DNA of 63,495 nt, filler included, from 4 parts of 4 records of this genome joined end to end with filler, not necessarily neighbours in it; one strand, 5' to 3'; positions 19,904 to 30,268 are shown, counted from the first letter of the whole stretch. The notes: generated by a model from the letters alone, not told the origin. Numbers and translations: made by a program.

Positions 19904-20560
19904 TTACCCATTTAACTTATTGTAGTCAGCTAAAAATTGTTCCAATCCTTTATCAGTAAGAGGATGCTTTAAAAGACCTGTGATTGCACTTAACGGACAA
20001 GTTGCAACATCAGCACCTACTTCAACACATTGAATCATGTGCATGGTGTGACGAATAGATGCGGCTAAAACTTGTGTTTCGAAACCGTAGTAACTATTCA
20101 TATCTGCGATTTGACGTATTAATTCAATACCGTCAGTTGAAATATCATCAAGTCTTCCTACAAAAGGAGAAACATAGGTAGCACCAGCCTTAGCAGCCAA
20201 TAGAGCTTGTCCAACCGAAAATATTAGAGTACAATTGGTTCTAATATTTTTCGAACTTAGATATTTTACTGCTTTAATACCATCTTTTGTACATGGAACT
20301 TTTACAACAATTTGTGGATGAAGAGCAGCTAGTTCTTCTCCTTCTGTAATCATACCTTCAAAATCTGTAGCAATAACTTCTGCACTTACATCTCCATCAA
20401 CTATACCGCAAATATCAACATAGTGTTGTTTGATGTTTTTAGTTCCTTTAATTCCTTCTTTAGCCATAAGAGATGGATTGGTTGTTACACCATCAAGAAC
20501 TCCTAAATCCTGTGCTTCTTTAATCTGATCAAGATTAGCTGTGTCAATAAAAAACTTCAT
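19904..20560 (-). CDS. Transaldolase / fructose-6-phosphate aldolase family (TalC/Fsa)
   Basis: [22 protein letters not shown] Schiff-base Lys, [24 protein letters not shown]. Confidence 0.95.
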   Translation of the reverse strand: MKFFIDTANLDQIKEAQDLGVLDGVTTNPSLMAKEGIKGTKNIKQHYVDICGIVDGDVSAEVIATDFEGMITEGEELAALHPQIVVKVPCTKDGIKAVKYLSSKNIRTNCTLIFSVGQALLAAKAGATYVSPFVGRLDDISTDGIELIRQIADMNSYYGFETQVLAASIRHTMHMIQCVEVGADVATCPLSAITGLLKHPLTDKGLEQFLADYNKLNG

Positions 20561-20699
20561 TTTACGATTTTTAGTTTGTTTTTAAGTCAAAAACGAAAAT
20601 ACACTAATTTCTTTTGAAGAACAAAGAGATAGTTACGTTTTAAGCTAATGAATTAAAATAATAAACTTGAAAATAAAATTGGAGAGAAAATAAAAAAAG

Positions 20700-20727
20700 A
20701 GCCGATGGAGGGACTCGAACCCACGAC
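20700..20727 (-). tRNA. 3' fragment of a tRNA (T-arm and acceptor strand), probably tRNA-Thr; truncated at contig edge
   Basis: Reverse complement GTCGTGGGTTCGAGTCCCTCCATCGGCT contains the GGTTCGAGTCC T-loop; anticodon not visible, so identity is inferred from the acceptor stem only. Confidence 0.75.
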
Positions 20728-20827
20728 NNNNNNNNNNNNNNNNNNNNNNNNNNNNNNNNNNNNNNNNNNNNTTAATTAATTAANNNNNNNNNNNNNNNNN
20801 NNNNNNNNNNNNNNNNNNNNNNNNNNN
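20728..20827. other. Artificial contig-joining spacer
   Basis: 44 N + TTAATTAATTAA + 44 N. Confidence 0.98.
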
Positions 20828-22750
20828 TTGGTTGATGGTAAACCTACTAATATTAGTGCAGCTCAATTGCTACAGCAGATTCCTTCTACTTCAATAAAAA
20901 GTATTGAGTTGATCACAAATCCTTCTGCCAAGTACAATCCTGAGGGAATGAGTGGGATTATTAATATCGTGCTAAACAAGAATGCCAATATTGGCTTTAA
21001 CGGAAATGTAAATATGGGCTTGACACGAGGAGAAAATACTCGTATGAACGGTTCATTAGATATGAATTACAAAACCGGTAAGGTGAACTTTTTCTTAAAC
21101 TTTGGTGCGAATGATGGAAAAAGAGACAACTATGGAGATGTTTTAAGAAGCGCGAAAGATGAAAATGGAAATGTAATTTTGGATAATGATATTTTACAGA
21201 AATTTAAATTTAAAAGCGATAACAATTCTCAATTGTTAAAAGTAGGAGCTGATATCTATTTGAATAAAAAGAATACTCTTTCTTTTTACACTACGCAGAA
21301 TTTTAGAGAAGGTGAATTTAATGGTGTAACTAAGATTTACCGAGGAACAGAATTGGATTATAATAGTTTGATGAAATCTGAAACGGACAATTCTACCGGA
21401 ACTTATAATGTTAATTATAAGATTGATTTTGAAAAAGAAGGACACAATCTGGAGTTTGAAGCAACTTATAGTAAGAGCGATTCTCCTGAAGATGCCGTTT
21501 ATACAGAATTGTTGAATCCGATCGACTTGACTTCGAATTATATGGATGATGTTGATAATGATTATTCAAATACACTTTTAAACTTGGATTATACCAATCC
21601 ATTATCGGAAAATACAAAGTTAGAATTGGGCTTGGAGTTTAGATTAAATGATACCGAGAATTCTAGAGTAACAAATCAGCACGATTTTGTTTATGTTGAT
21701 GGAAGTACGGTTCCTGATGGCGATTGGTTTGTAACCGAACAGAAACCAAATTCAGCCTTTAATTATGATAGAAGTATCTATTCAGGATATGTAAACTTGA
21801 ATCATAAAATTAATAATCTTTCTATGCAATTAGGTGCTCGATTTGAGCAATATGAGGTAGATGGAAAGTTTGTTAAAGGAGATGAAAAGGCTAAGTATAC
21901 CGATAGTCGATTTACAGTTTATCCTTCGGTGTTTTTTACTTTTACTCCGAGTGAAAAAAATCAACTGCAGTTGAGTTACAGTAGGAGAGTCGATAGACCA
22001 TCTATTCAACAAGTGAACCCGATTAGAGAGTGGAGTACGCCACTTATTAGTTCTTTTGGAAATCCGGAGCTTGACCCACAGTTCACCAATTCGTTTGAGT
22101 TTAACTATACAAAAGGATTAGAAAAAGGATCAGCCACAATCGGAGTATTCTACAGAAGAGTGAATGATAACATTTCGAGAGTACTGAACAAAGATCCTTT
22201 GGATGTTGAAAAGGTGGAAATGTCGTATTACAATACCGATAGCAACGATCGTTACGGATTAGAATTGTCGGCAAATTACCGATTTGTTAAGTGGTGGTCG
22301 ATGAATGCTAGTTCAGATTTGTATATCCAAAAAGAGACAGGTGTATCTAACGGAGAAAATCTTGAGATCACGAACAACTCTTTTAATGTACGAGTATCGA
22401 ATAGCTTTACAGCAACTAAAAAGCTGAGATTTCAATTGTTTGCTATGTATCGTGGTGGAGGAGAAGATCTTCAATTCGAAGTGGATCCAATGTGGATGAT
22501 CAATACAGGTGCTAGCTATAGAATTCTTAAAGGAAAAGGAACTTTAACCTTTAGAGTGAATGATATTTTTGAAGGAATGAAATTTAAGTTTAAATCCGAA
22601 GTGCCCTACAAGCAAGCGGGTGAATTCCATTGGGAAAGCAGAACAGCTTACCTTGGTTTCTCGTACCGATTTGGTAGCGGTAAAAATAAAGCCAAACAAC
22701 GTAAGCGTAGAGATAACCGCGAAACACAAGGTGGCGGAGGATTCATGTAG
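20828..22750 (+). CDS. TonB-dependent receptor-like outer-membrane beta-barrel (5' truncated)
   Basis: Plug remnant VDGKP...IELITNPSAKYNPEGMSGIINIVL, SYSRRVDRP, GNPELDPQF, final strand YLGFSYRFG plus basic tail. Confidence 0.9.
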   Translation: MVDGKPTNISAAQLLQQIPSTSIKSIELITNPSAKYNPEGMSGIINIVLNKNANIGFNGNVNMGLTRGENTRMNGSLDMNYKTGKVNFFLNFGANDGKRDNYGDVLRSAKDENGNVILDNDILQKFKFKSDNNSQLLKVGADIYLNKKNTLSFYTTQNFREGEFNGVTKIYRGTELDYNSLMKSETDNSTGTYNVNYKIDFEKEGHNLEFEATYSKSDSPEDAVYTELLNPIDLTSNYMDDVDNDYSNTLLNLDYTNPLSENTKLELGLEFRLNDTENSRVTNQHDFVYVDGSTVPDGDWFVTEQKPNSAFNYDRSIYSGYVNLNHKINNLSMQLGARFEQYEVDGKFVKGDEKAKYTDSRFTVYPSVFFTFTPSEKNQLQLSYSRRVDRPSIQQVNPIREWSTPLISSFGNPELDPQFTNSFEFNYTKGLEKGSATIGVFYRRVNDNISRVLNKDPLDVEKVEMSYYNTDSNDRYGLELSANYRFVKWWSMNASSDLYIQKETGVSNGENLEITNNSFNVRVSNSFTATKKLRFQLFAMYRGGGEDLQFEVDPMWMINTGASYRILKGKGTLTFRVNDIFEGMKFKFKSEVPYKQAGEFHWESRTAYLGFSYRFGSGKNKAKQRKRRDNRETQGGGGFM

Positions 22751-22783
22751 AATTAAAATCAGCTACATATAATTAGTTAACTT

Positions 22784-22823
22784 AAAATCTCCCTGTTCGT
22801 TTCGAATAGGGAGATTTTTTTTA
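22784..22823 (+). terminator. Intrinsic terminator
   Basis: AAAATCTCCCTGTTCG...CGAATAGGGAGATTTTTTTT. Confidence 0.8.
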
Positions 22824-23119
22824 TTATGCATTATCTCTTCTAATAAGATTTTCAATTTAACAATGAATCTGTGTGAGAGTAAAGTTTAGAGCTGAAATTA
22901 TGTGCTTATATAGTTTTGAATTGATTTGTTTAAGGTGAATGTTTTAGTTGTATACTTGGTTATTGGTTTGTTTGTGGTTTTCTTATCTATTTGATTAGTT
23001 GATGGTCATGCAGATTAAATTGATTATATTTATTATTCTACAAAGCAGGTGGAACATCTTTGTAAAGATTTTGTTGACATCTGAATTGATATCTAATTAT
23101 TAACCTTAATTAAATTGAA

Positions 23120-23803
23120 ATGAAAAAAATGGTTGCAGAATTTATAGGAACTCTTTGGTTGGTTTTAGGAGGATGTGGTAGTGCTGTTTTGGCAGCGGCT
23201 TACCCCGAACTGGGAATTGGTTTTGTTGGAGTTGCAATAGCTTTTGGTTTAACCGTAATTACAATGGCGTACGCCATAGGACACATTTCGGGTTGTCATT
23301 TAAATCCGGCAGTCTCAATAGGTTTATGGGCTGGTGGACGTTTCGACGGAAAGGAGCTAATGCCATATATTATTTCACAGGTGTTGGGAGGAATAGCTGG
23401 TGCTGGAATTTTATATATGATTGCTAGTGGTAAATCAGATTTTGAACTTGGAGGTTTTGCAGCTAATGGTTTTGGAGAACATTCGCCTGGTGGATATGGA
23501 ATGCTTGCTGCTCTAATTTGTGAAGTAGTTATGACATTTATGTTTTTACTAATTATTTTAGGAGCTACTCACTCAAAAGCGCCAGTAGGTTTTGCAGGTA
23601 TAGCAATTGGTTTGGGTTTAACCTTAATTCATTTAATTAGTATTCCTGTAACCAATACCTCTGTTAATCCTGCGAGAAGTACAAGTCAGGCACTATTTGT
23701 AGGTGATTGGGCAATGGGGCAATTGTGGTTGTTTTGGTTAGCGCCAATTGTTGGAGCTATTTTGGCTGGATTGGTCTACAAATATATCTCACCAGAGAAG
23801 TAG
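23120..23803 (+). CDS. aqpZ: Aquaporin Z
   Basis: [15 protein letters not shown] and [12 protein letters not shown] boxes, HLISIPVT. Confidence 0.97.
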   Translation: MKKMVAEFIGTLWLVLGGCGSAVLAAAYPELGIGFVGVAIAFGLTVITMAYAIGHISGCHLNPAVSIGLWAGGRFDGKELMPYIISQVLGGIAGAGILYMIASGKSDFELGGFAANGFGEHSPGGYGMLAALICEVVMTFMFLLIILGATHSKAPVGFAGIAIGLGLTLIHLISIPVTNTSVNPARSTSQALFVGDWAMGQLWLFWLAPIVGAILAGLVYKYISPEK

Positions 23804-23819
23804 TGATTACATTTGTATA

Positions 23820-23853
23820 AAAAAGAGTGCATCAATTGGATGCATTTTTTTTT
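23820..23853 (+). terminator. Intrinsic terminator after aqpZ
   Basis: TGCATC-AATTG-GATGCA followed by long T tract. Confidence 0.65.
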
Positions 23854-23907
23854 GTTTGGAATAATTGTTGTTTGTGAATGCAATATATCCAATTTTAAAT
23901 TAGAGTT

Positions 23908-24483
23908 ATGAGAAGATTTGTATTGAGCATTTTTTGTTGTTGTTGTTTCTTTCTTGGCTATGCCCAAACTTTTTCTAGTAAACTATCGAGAGCAGCCATA
24001 AAACTAACAGAGCAAAAGGTGATTTACGATCCATCGTATTTCTCCATTGATTACCCGAATGGGGATGTGCCAGCGGACAGAGGAGTTTGCACCGATGTGG
24101 TAATTCGTGCCTACCGGATGCTGGGTATTGATTTACAAAAGGAAGTGCATGAAGATATGAAGGCGAATTTTTCTTTGTATCCTGATGATTGGGGATTGTC
24201 AGCAACTGATAAAAACATCGATCACCGAAGAGTTCCCAACCTTATGACTTTTTTTGAACGCAAGGGAACCATTAAGGTAAAGAGCAGAAAGGCAGATGAT
24301 TATTTGCCTGGAGATATTGTTTGTTGGGATCTGGGTGGAGGAATTACTCACATAGGAATTGTAATCGATCAGAAATCGAGAGATGGGAAACGCCCACTAT
24401 TTGTTCACAATATAGGTGCTGGTCAGGTAGTGGAAGATCTACTAAATCGCTATATAATTATTGGACACTATACTTATAAATGA
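23908..24483 (+). CDS. DUF1287 (YijF-like) exported protein
   Basis: YDPSYFSIDYPNGDVP, GVCTDVVIRAYR, DKNIDHRRVPNL, PGDIV, HIGIV, HNIG. Confidence 0.9.
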   Translation: MRRFVLSIFCCCCFFLGYAQTFSSKLSRAAIKLTEQKVIYDPSYFSIDYPNGDVPADRGVCTDVVIRAYRMLGIDLQKEVHEDMKANFSLYPDDWGLSATDKNIDHRRVPNLMTFFERKGTIKVKSRKADDYLPGDIVCWDLGGGITHIGIVIDQKSRDGKRPLFVHNIGAGQVVEDLLNRYIIIGHYTYK

Positions 24484-24565
24484 TGTGAACGAACTTTTTT
24501 ATTGATCTAATTGTTTGATTTACAATTAATATGTTGATATATGCTATTAATCCAAACTATTAGAT

Positions 24566-24573
24566 TACCTTTG
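24566..24573 (+). promoter_or_regulatory. Bacteroidota -7 element upstream of DEAD-box helicase
   Basis: TACCTTTG about 20 nt before ATG. Confidence 0.6.
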
Positions 24574-24593
24574 CCGATCACTTTTATTAGATT

Positions 24594-25880
24594 ATGACAT
24601 TTGACAATTTAGATATAGCTGATCCTATATTAAGAGCGATTGAGGCGAAAGGTTATACAAATCCCACTCCAATTCAGGCAGAATCGATTCCAATTTTATT
24701 GAGAAAAAAAGATTTATTGGGTTGTGCTCAAACAGGAACAGGTAAAACAGCTGCTTTTGCAATACCTATTCTTCAGCATTTATATGAAGAGCAACAAGCC
24801 AAAGGCAAGCGTAGAATTAAGGCATTAGTAGTTACTCCAACAAGGGAGTTGGCAATTCAGATAAAGGAAAGTTTTAGTGAGTACGGGCAATTTACAGGAT
24901 TGGAAAATACTGTTATTTTTGGCGGCGTAAAGCAGAGTGCACAAACACAAGCTTTGGCAAGGGGTGTTGATGTGTTGATTGCTACACCAGGAAGGCTTTT
25001 AGATTTAATCAATCAGGGATATATTTCTCTTCGCGATGTGAGATATTTTGTTCTGGACGAAGCAGATCAAATGCTGGATATGGGATTCATTTACGATATC
25101 CGTAGAATTATTGATAAACTTCCTAAGCGAAGACAATCACTGTTCTTTTCGGCAACCATGCCTCCTAAAATTGTAAGTCTTTCGAAGCAGATTTTGGGAA
25201 ATCCTGAAAAGGTAACTATTAAACCACAACAAACTACTGCAGAAAGAGTAGAGCAGTCGATTTATTATACCAGTAAGAAATCGAAAGCGAAACTGTTGAC
25301 TCATCTTTTAAAATCGAGAGAGTTGGGTTCTACTTTGGTTTTTTCGAGAACCAAACATGGTGCCGATAAGGTTACCCGAATTCTGAAGAAAGCTGATATT
25401 CATACTGAGGCTATTCATGGTAATAAATCGCAGAATGCAAGACAAAAAGCTTTAAGTAACTTTAAAGAAGGAACTACGAAAGTTTTGGTTGCAACAGATA
25501 TTGCCGCTCGTGGAATTGATGTTGCTGGTTTGGCTTTGGTGGTAAATTACGATTTGCCAAATATTCCGGAATCCTACGTTCACCGTATTGGTAGAACCGG
25601 AAGAGCGAATGCTAGTGGTACTGCCATTTCGTTTTGTAGCGAGGATGAATTGCCTTACCTTAAGGACATTCAGAAATTAATCAAACAGACGATTCCTGCT
25701 GTTAAAGATCACCCTTTCTCGGTTGATGAAATTGCAGAATTGCCAAAAGAAGAACCTTTGAAAACTAGGGGAAATAGATCTAAATCACGATCTTCTAAGC
25801 CAAATAATTCAGGAAAGAAGGATTGGAGAAGGGGAAGATCAGGTTCATCGAATAATAACAAAAGGAAAAAAAGAGCATAA
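24594..25880 (+). CDS. DEAD-box ATP-dependent RNA helicase (RhlE-like)
   Basis: Q motif PTPIQ, AQTGTGKT, PTRELA, TPGRL, DEAD, SAT, HGNKSQ, ARGID, HRIGRTGRA; basic C-tail. Confidence 0.96.
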   Translation: MTFDNLDIADPILRAIEAKGYTNPTPIQAESIPILLRKKDLLGCAQTGTGKTAAFAIPILQHLYEEQQAKGKRRIKALVVTPTRELAIQIKESFSEYGQFTGLENTVIFGGVKQSAQTQALARGVDVLIATPGRLLDLINQGYISLRDVRYFVLDEADQMLDMGFIYDIRRIIDKLPKRRQSLFFSATMPPKIVSLSKQILGNPEKVTIKPQQTTAERVEQSIYYTSKKSKAKLLTHLLKSRELGSTLVFSRTKHGADKVTRILKKADIHTEAIHGNKSQNARQKALSNFKEGTTKVLVATDIAARGIDVAGLALVVNYDLPNIPESYVHRIGRTGRANASGTAISFCSEDELPYLKDIQKLIKQTIPAVKDHPFSVDEIAELPKEEPLKTRGNRSKSRSSKPNNSGKKDWRRGRSGSSNNNKRKKRA

Positions 25881-25890
25881 TTAAAAAGTC

Positions 25891-26112
25891 ATGGATCAAA
25901 AGGATTTTGACAAGATTAGAAAGATAAAAAAGGAACACAAAGAGGCCTATAAAGAATGGAACAGGAATGATGACGATGAGTTGATCAACATGTTTTTTGA
26001 AGGCTTAAGTGTAGGTGATATGGCAGTTAAGCTCGAAAGAACAAAAGGTGCTGTAAGAGCCAGAATCCGTAAGATGGAATTGACCAAGATTAAAAAGAAA
26101 TCTTCGAACTAA
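25891..26112 (+). CDS. Small Myb/HTH-like protein
   Basis: AYKEWNRNDDDELINMF-EGLSVGDMA-KLERTKGAVRARIRKMEL pattern; 10 nt downstream of the helicase. Confidence 0.7.
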   Translation: MDQKDFDKIRKIKKEHKEAYKEWNRNDDDELINMFFEGLSVGDMAVKLERTKGAVRARIRKMELTKIKKKSSN

Positions 26113-26135
26113 ATCCATATCTTTAAAATATAAAG

Positions 26136-26173
26136 AATCCCCTTTATAGCTAATAAATGCTGTAAAGGGGATT
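26136..26173. terminator. Bidirectional terminator
   Basis: AATCCCCTTTATAGC...GCTGTAAAGGGGATT between convergent genes. Confidence 0.75.
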
Positions 26174-26184
26174 TGTTTTTTGAT

Positions 26185-27546
26185 TTAGTTAGTGGTTAAA
26201 CCTGATGTTGATTCGATGTGTTCCAAAGTGTGTTTCAAAATTGGATCACCACCGTTCATGTATTCATCTGCTTTGTAAGGAATCAGAATTTCAGGATGAA
26301 TAATTCCATTGATTTGATTACTGTATTCATCCATTTCCATAGTTGAAAGTACCATTAAGGAATGGCTTAATTTGGCGGTTGTAATTTCACCATATCGCAG
26401 AGCATTATGAGCTAAAGGCTCTCCAACAAGAATTCCCAATTTGTTGTATTGAATGATATTGGCAAATGTAGAAGCTGTTGATGCCGTAAATTTGCTCACA
26501 AGAACATAAATGTTCATTTTTCCTGGATATTTTTCTGGCTGTAATGGACATCTACGAATTAATTCATCTTCGGGAATGGCACAAACTTTACCAATTGAAT
26601 CTTCCGGGAAACCATAATCTAAAGTTGTTTTGGAAACCTTAACTCTGCATTCACTTTGATAATCAATAGTGTCTTTATCACAAAATAAAGAAATCAATTC
26701 ATCGAAACGATCGCCTCTGCCTCCGGGGTTTTTTCGAATATCAATCACAAGATTTTGATATCCTTTAGCTTGTATCTTATTAATGAATTTAGAAAGTTTC
26801 TTGATCATGTATTTGTTGTTGTCGAAATTGTGAATACCAAAATATCCCGTTTGATAGGCATCGTAAATTTTTTCAGGAAAATATTCTCCCTTAAAATGAT
26901 ATTTGTGCAAAGGAACTCCCGACACTGTTACTTTGTGCTTATTGCCTTTTCTCAGGAATTCAATATTGTAGTTGGGAGCAAAACAAAAATGATTTTGTGC
27001 CTGTGTAAAAGTAGCCTCCATAAACCGATGATGATAGGTGTATTTTACAATTTCTTTTGCTGATCTGCCATTGACAGATAAAAGTAAATCTCCTTTTTGC
27101 AATTGAGGAGTCAAACTTTTATTTACAATTAAGGAATCTTGAATGCAAATCATATTGAAAGGCCAGACTTTAATGTGTTTTCCTTTGAGTTTATACTCTG
27201 GAAATCTTCTTAATTGTGGCAAAATTAAAAAATGTGGATCGCCATAGGTTAGTGCGTCAAAGGCTTTACGATACTGATAAAGATATTCTGTTTCAGAAAT
27301 TGGCTTGATAGGAAAAGATTTGGATACTTGCTCTATGTGGGCATCAAATTCTGCTTCCGAGATAGAATTGAACGGATTTGGATGGTATTTTTTGATGATC
27401 TCTTTAGTGTTCAAAAGACTGTCTTTTGTGATAATTAGCTTATCATTTCTTAGGTAAGTCGAATAATCTGTGTTTTCAGTGATTTTGATAGATTGGCAGC
27501 TGGCAAATAGAATTACTGTGAATAGAATAAAGCAATATTTGTTCAT
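26185..27546 (-). CDS. S41-family peptidase, lipoprotein
   Basis: Lipobox FASC, PDZ-like KGDLLLSVNG, LVIDIRKNPGG, YVLVSKFTASTAS, LVGEP, GIIHPEI. Confidence 0.85.
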   Translation of the reverse strand: MNKYCFILFTVILFASCQSIKITENTDYSTYLRNDKLIITKDSLLNTKEIIKKYHPNPFNSISEAEFDAHIEQVSKSFPIKPISETEYLYQYRKAFDALTYGDPHFLILPQLRRFPEYKLKGKHIKVWPFNMICIQDSLIVNKSLTPQLQKGDLLLSVNGRSAKEIVKYTYHHRFMEATFTQAQNHFCFAPNYNIEFLRKGNKHKVTVSGVPLHKYHFKGEYFPEKIYDAYQTGYFGIHNFDNNKYMIKKLSKFINKIQAKGYQNLVIDIRKNPGGRGDRFDELISLFCDKDTIDYQSECRVKVSKTTLDYGFPEDSIGKVCAIPEDELIRRCPLQPEKYPGKMNIYVLVSKFTASTASTFANIIQYNKLGILVGEPLAHNALRYGEITTAKLSHSLMVLSTMEMDEYSNQINGIIHPEILIPYKADEYMNGGDPILKHTLEHIESTSGLTTN

Positions 27547-27685
27547 TTTTGTGATTTGAGTTTATGTGACTGGTTCGGTTTGGGGTGTAGAAGAGTAAAG
27601 CATGACTCGTTTTTAGGACAAGCCATACTTTACATTCATAGATTAATTGGGTTAGAAAATCTATGGACAACAGTGTTTTATTTTT

Positions 27686-28720
27686 TTACAAGTGTATTTT
27701 AATCTTGAATCCTGGATAAACATCCTCAAAAAAGTTATTGAAGTAAATTTGAGGCTCTACACTCACATTTTTATGGATTCTTTTGTTTACACCAAGTCGG
27801 AATGTATCTTTATCAAATAAATCTCCTTTACGCTTAACCAGATATCCAAATGTAGTCCCCAACCAATTGGTTTTGTTCGGATCTCTTGATAAGTTTTGAG
27901 CATAGCCTAAACTAATCCAGTGGTTTATGTTTCTGTCTGAAGAGCTTGAGAAATCGTACATCCATTCGTATTCTAATTTGACTGCATGTTTTGGAGTGGC
28001 TTTACTTCCTAGTTGAAATGTCATGTTTGCATAAATACTACCGTTCCAATTGCCTTTTACATTTTCAAGTGCAGTTCCTCCTGATAATATTATTTGATCG
28101 ACTGATTGAGGAATAAGGTTTTGTTTGTTAAGTAATTTAGCTGAACTGTCGTCTTTGATTTTTAACCAGGCTGAAAATGGCAATTCCGATAACTGATATT
28201 CTCCGGATTGTTGTAACTGCTTGTCAATTTCTTTAAATGTTTTCGTAAGATCTGTATTAAGAAGCTCTTTTAATTGTTCTACTTTATCAAAGTGAATAGC
28301 AAGTCCTGAGTTCAACTCCAAACTATGTTTTCCATTAATGGTTAAAGCTACTGCATTATCTAAAGGAAAAGTAATTTGTTGTTTTTTTGATTTTTCCTCG
28401 ATGGTGATAACAATTTGTTTTTCCACCTGAAAATGCTTCACTTTTGTACAAGTGATTTTAATAGGATTGTTTGGATCCAGTTTTTTAATATTTAAGACAT
28501 CCCAACGTTTCAGGAAATTGCCTAAGGTGGTTTTAAAATTGAGATTTTTTTCAATTTCAGATTCATCAGTATAAGTACCTCTAAATTCTATGGTGCTTCC
28601 ATTTGGCATTTGCATGCGAATGGTATCCGGATGAAAATATTTTTCATTGGATGAGAAGGCATTGAATGAGAATGAAATGAAGAGTAGGAGTACTCCAATA
28701 ATTTTATTTATATGTGTCAT
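27686..28720 (-). CDS. Hypothetical exported protein with C-terminal beta-barrel-like region
   Basis: Signal peptide (SFNAFS), C-terminal alternating aromatic strands ending YPGFKIKIHL. Confidence 0.65.
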   Translation of the reverse strand: MTHINKIIGVLLLFISFSFNAFSSNEKYFHPDTIRMQMPNGSTIEFRGTYTDESEIEKNLNFKTTLGNFLKRWDVLNIKKLDPNNPIKITCTKVKHFQVEKQIVITIEEKSKKQQITFPLDNAVALTINGKHSLELNSGLAIHFDKVEQLKELLNTDLTKTFKEIDKQLQQSGEYQLSELPFSAWLKIKDDSSAKLLNKQNLIPQSVDQIILSGGTALENVKGNWNGSIYANMTFQLGSKATPKHAVKLEYEWMYDFSSSSDRNINHWISLGYAQNLSRDPNKTNWLGTTFGYLVKRKGDLFDKDTFRLGVNKRIHKNVSVEPQIYFNNFFEDVYPGFKIKIHL

Positions 28721-28745
28721 TGGAAATTGATTTTATAATGTGAGT

Positions 28746-29450
28746 TTATTTAATGGTAATGTCCCTGAAAAATGGCGCCGATGTTTCAGTGATATTCCTG
28801 TTTTTTGTAATCCTAAATTTTAATTTGTTGTTGTGTTCTTTTTTGTTCGGTTGTAAGGTTTCTGAAAGAGCAGCTAGAGCTTCTTCGTTAATGTCAATTG
28901 AAAAACCAGATTGTTCCTGTTCTTTTATATACTCCATTTGTTGAGCATAAACTTGTTGTAAATACTCCTTATCTTTTTTCAGATTTATAAGACTATCATG
29001 AAGGATATAGTTGCAATGTACATATTGCTTAATGTTTTCTTTTAGGCTTTTATTTTCATTTAATAAATTAGAATAGTTTGTTTCTAACTGTGAAATTTTG
29101 ATTTTCATTTCAGGAGAAACAACTTTTTTTATTTGGGTTTTGTATTTTATTTCAATCTCCTTTTTTATAATTGGTTCATGGGTTTTGCTATTTTCTAATT
29201 TTTCCATATTAGATAGAAGTGATTGTTGCTTGTTTTTCAGGCTGTTACTTTCGTAGATATTATAGCTTAAGGCTCCGGAAAGTAAGATGATAACTATTAT
29301 TGAAGCAACTTTAAACCAAGGGAATGTATTTACTTGGTTTGAGTTCTGCATAGAATTCCACAAGCTACTTTTATCAAAACCGATGGTTTGAGATTGGTGA
29401 TCCCAATTATCAAATGCATTTTTTATTTGTTTTTCAACGGATTGCTTCAT
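28746..29450 (-). CDS. Single-TM coiled-coil protein, putative anti-sigma factor
   Basis: Overlaps the sigma gene; short cytoplasmic N-terminus with SLWNSM, WFKVASIIVIILL TM, long coiled coil. Confidence 0.6.
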   Translation of the reverse strand: MKQSVEKQIKNAFDNWDHQSQTIGFDKSSLWNSMQNSNQVNTFPWFKVASIIVIILLSGALSYNIYESNSLKNKQQSLLSNMEKLENSKTHEPIIKKEIEIKYKTQIKKVVSPEMKIKISQLETNYSNLLNENKSLKENIKQYVHCNYILHDSLINLKKDKEYLQQVYAQQMEYIKEQEQSGFSIDINEEALAALSETLQPNKKEHNNKLKFRITKNRNITETSAPFFRDITIK

Positions 29451-29976
29451 GTCTTATCTCTGTTTTGCTAATCATTACTTTTAATAACTTTCTGGCTTTA
29501 CTCAACTGCGATTTCGATGTACCAATTGAAATGCTGAGTTTTTTTGCAATTTCTTCATGCTTGTATCCTTCAATGGCATACAAACTAAAAATAGTTCGAT
29601 AGCCTTCTGGCAGATCCAGTACCATTTGAATCAAATCATTTTCAAGCAAATTTTCGTCACTTGTAATTTCTGATTCTTCAATCTCCTCGATCAATTCAAG
29701 AGTTTGTGAAAACTGAACTCGTTTTCTTATTTCCATAAGAGATTGATTAATGGCAATCTTCTTCATCCAGGCTCTTAAAGGAGCCTCCTCTGTAATATCA
29801 GTTTTGTGAATTTCATTAAAAATATTCAGGAATGTTTGAGATAGCACCTCTTCGGTTCGCTCTCTATTATTCAAATAGCGATAACAAATTCGGAACAGAT
29901 AGTCAGCAAATAGATTGAATGCTTTCTGTTGGGCTTTTGGCTTATTCCTTTTAAGTGATTTAATAAGGTTTTTCAC
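29434..29976 (-). CDS. ECF RNA polymerase sigma factor
   Basis: LFRICYRY, AWMKKIAIN (region 2), LPEGYRTIFSLYAIEGYKHEEIA...GTSKSQLSKARKLL (region 4). Confidence 0.93.
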   Translation of the reverse strand: MKNLIKSLKRNKPKAQQKAFNLFADYLFRICYRYLNNRERTEEVLSQTFLNIFNEIHKTDITEEAPLRAWMKKIAINQSLMEIRKRVQFSQTLELIEEIEESEITSDENLLENDLIQMVLDLPEGYRTIFSLYAIEGYKHEEIAKKLSISIGTSKSQLSKARKLLKVMISKTEIRHEAIR

Positions 29977-30268
29977 AAATTGAATGAATCATTTATTGTT
30001 TTACATCTATTAGAATGCAGTTTTCACACATATGGTTGTCTGAGTTGAAGAAGAAAAATGGATTAAAATTTGAATGAATGATGTATTGTTCAGATAATGA
30101 ATGGATTTTGTGTGTTAAGGTTTTTAGGATATTTACAATGGTGAATTTACGAAATGAATTGTAATATGCACTTTATTTTAGAATCATTATGATGGCTTTT
30201 TTATTTGAATAGTCATTTTCAATAGCTAATATTATGCTGATTTATTATACACCAATCTATAGAACAAA

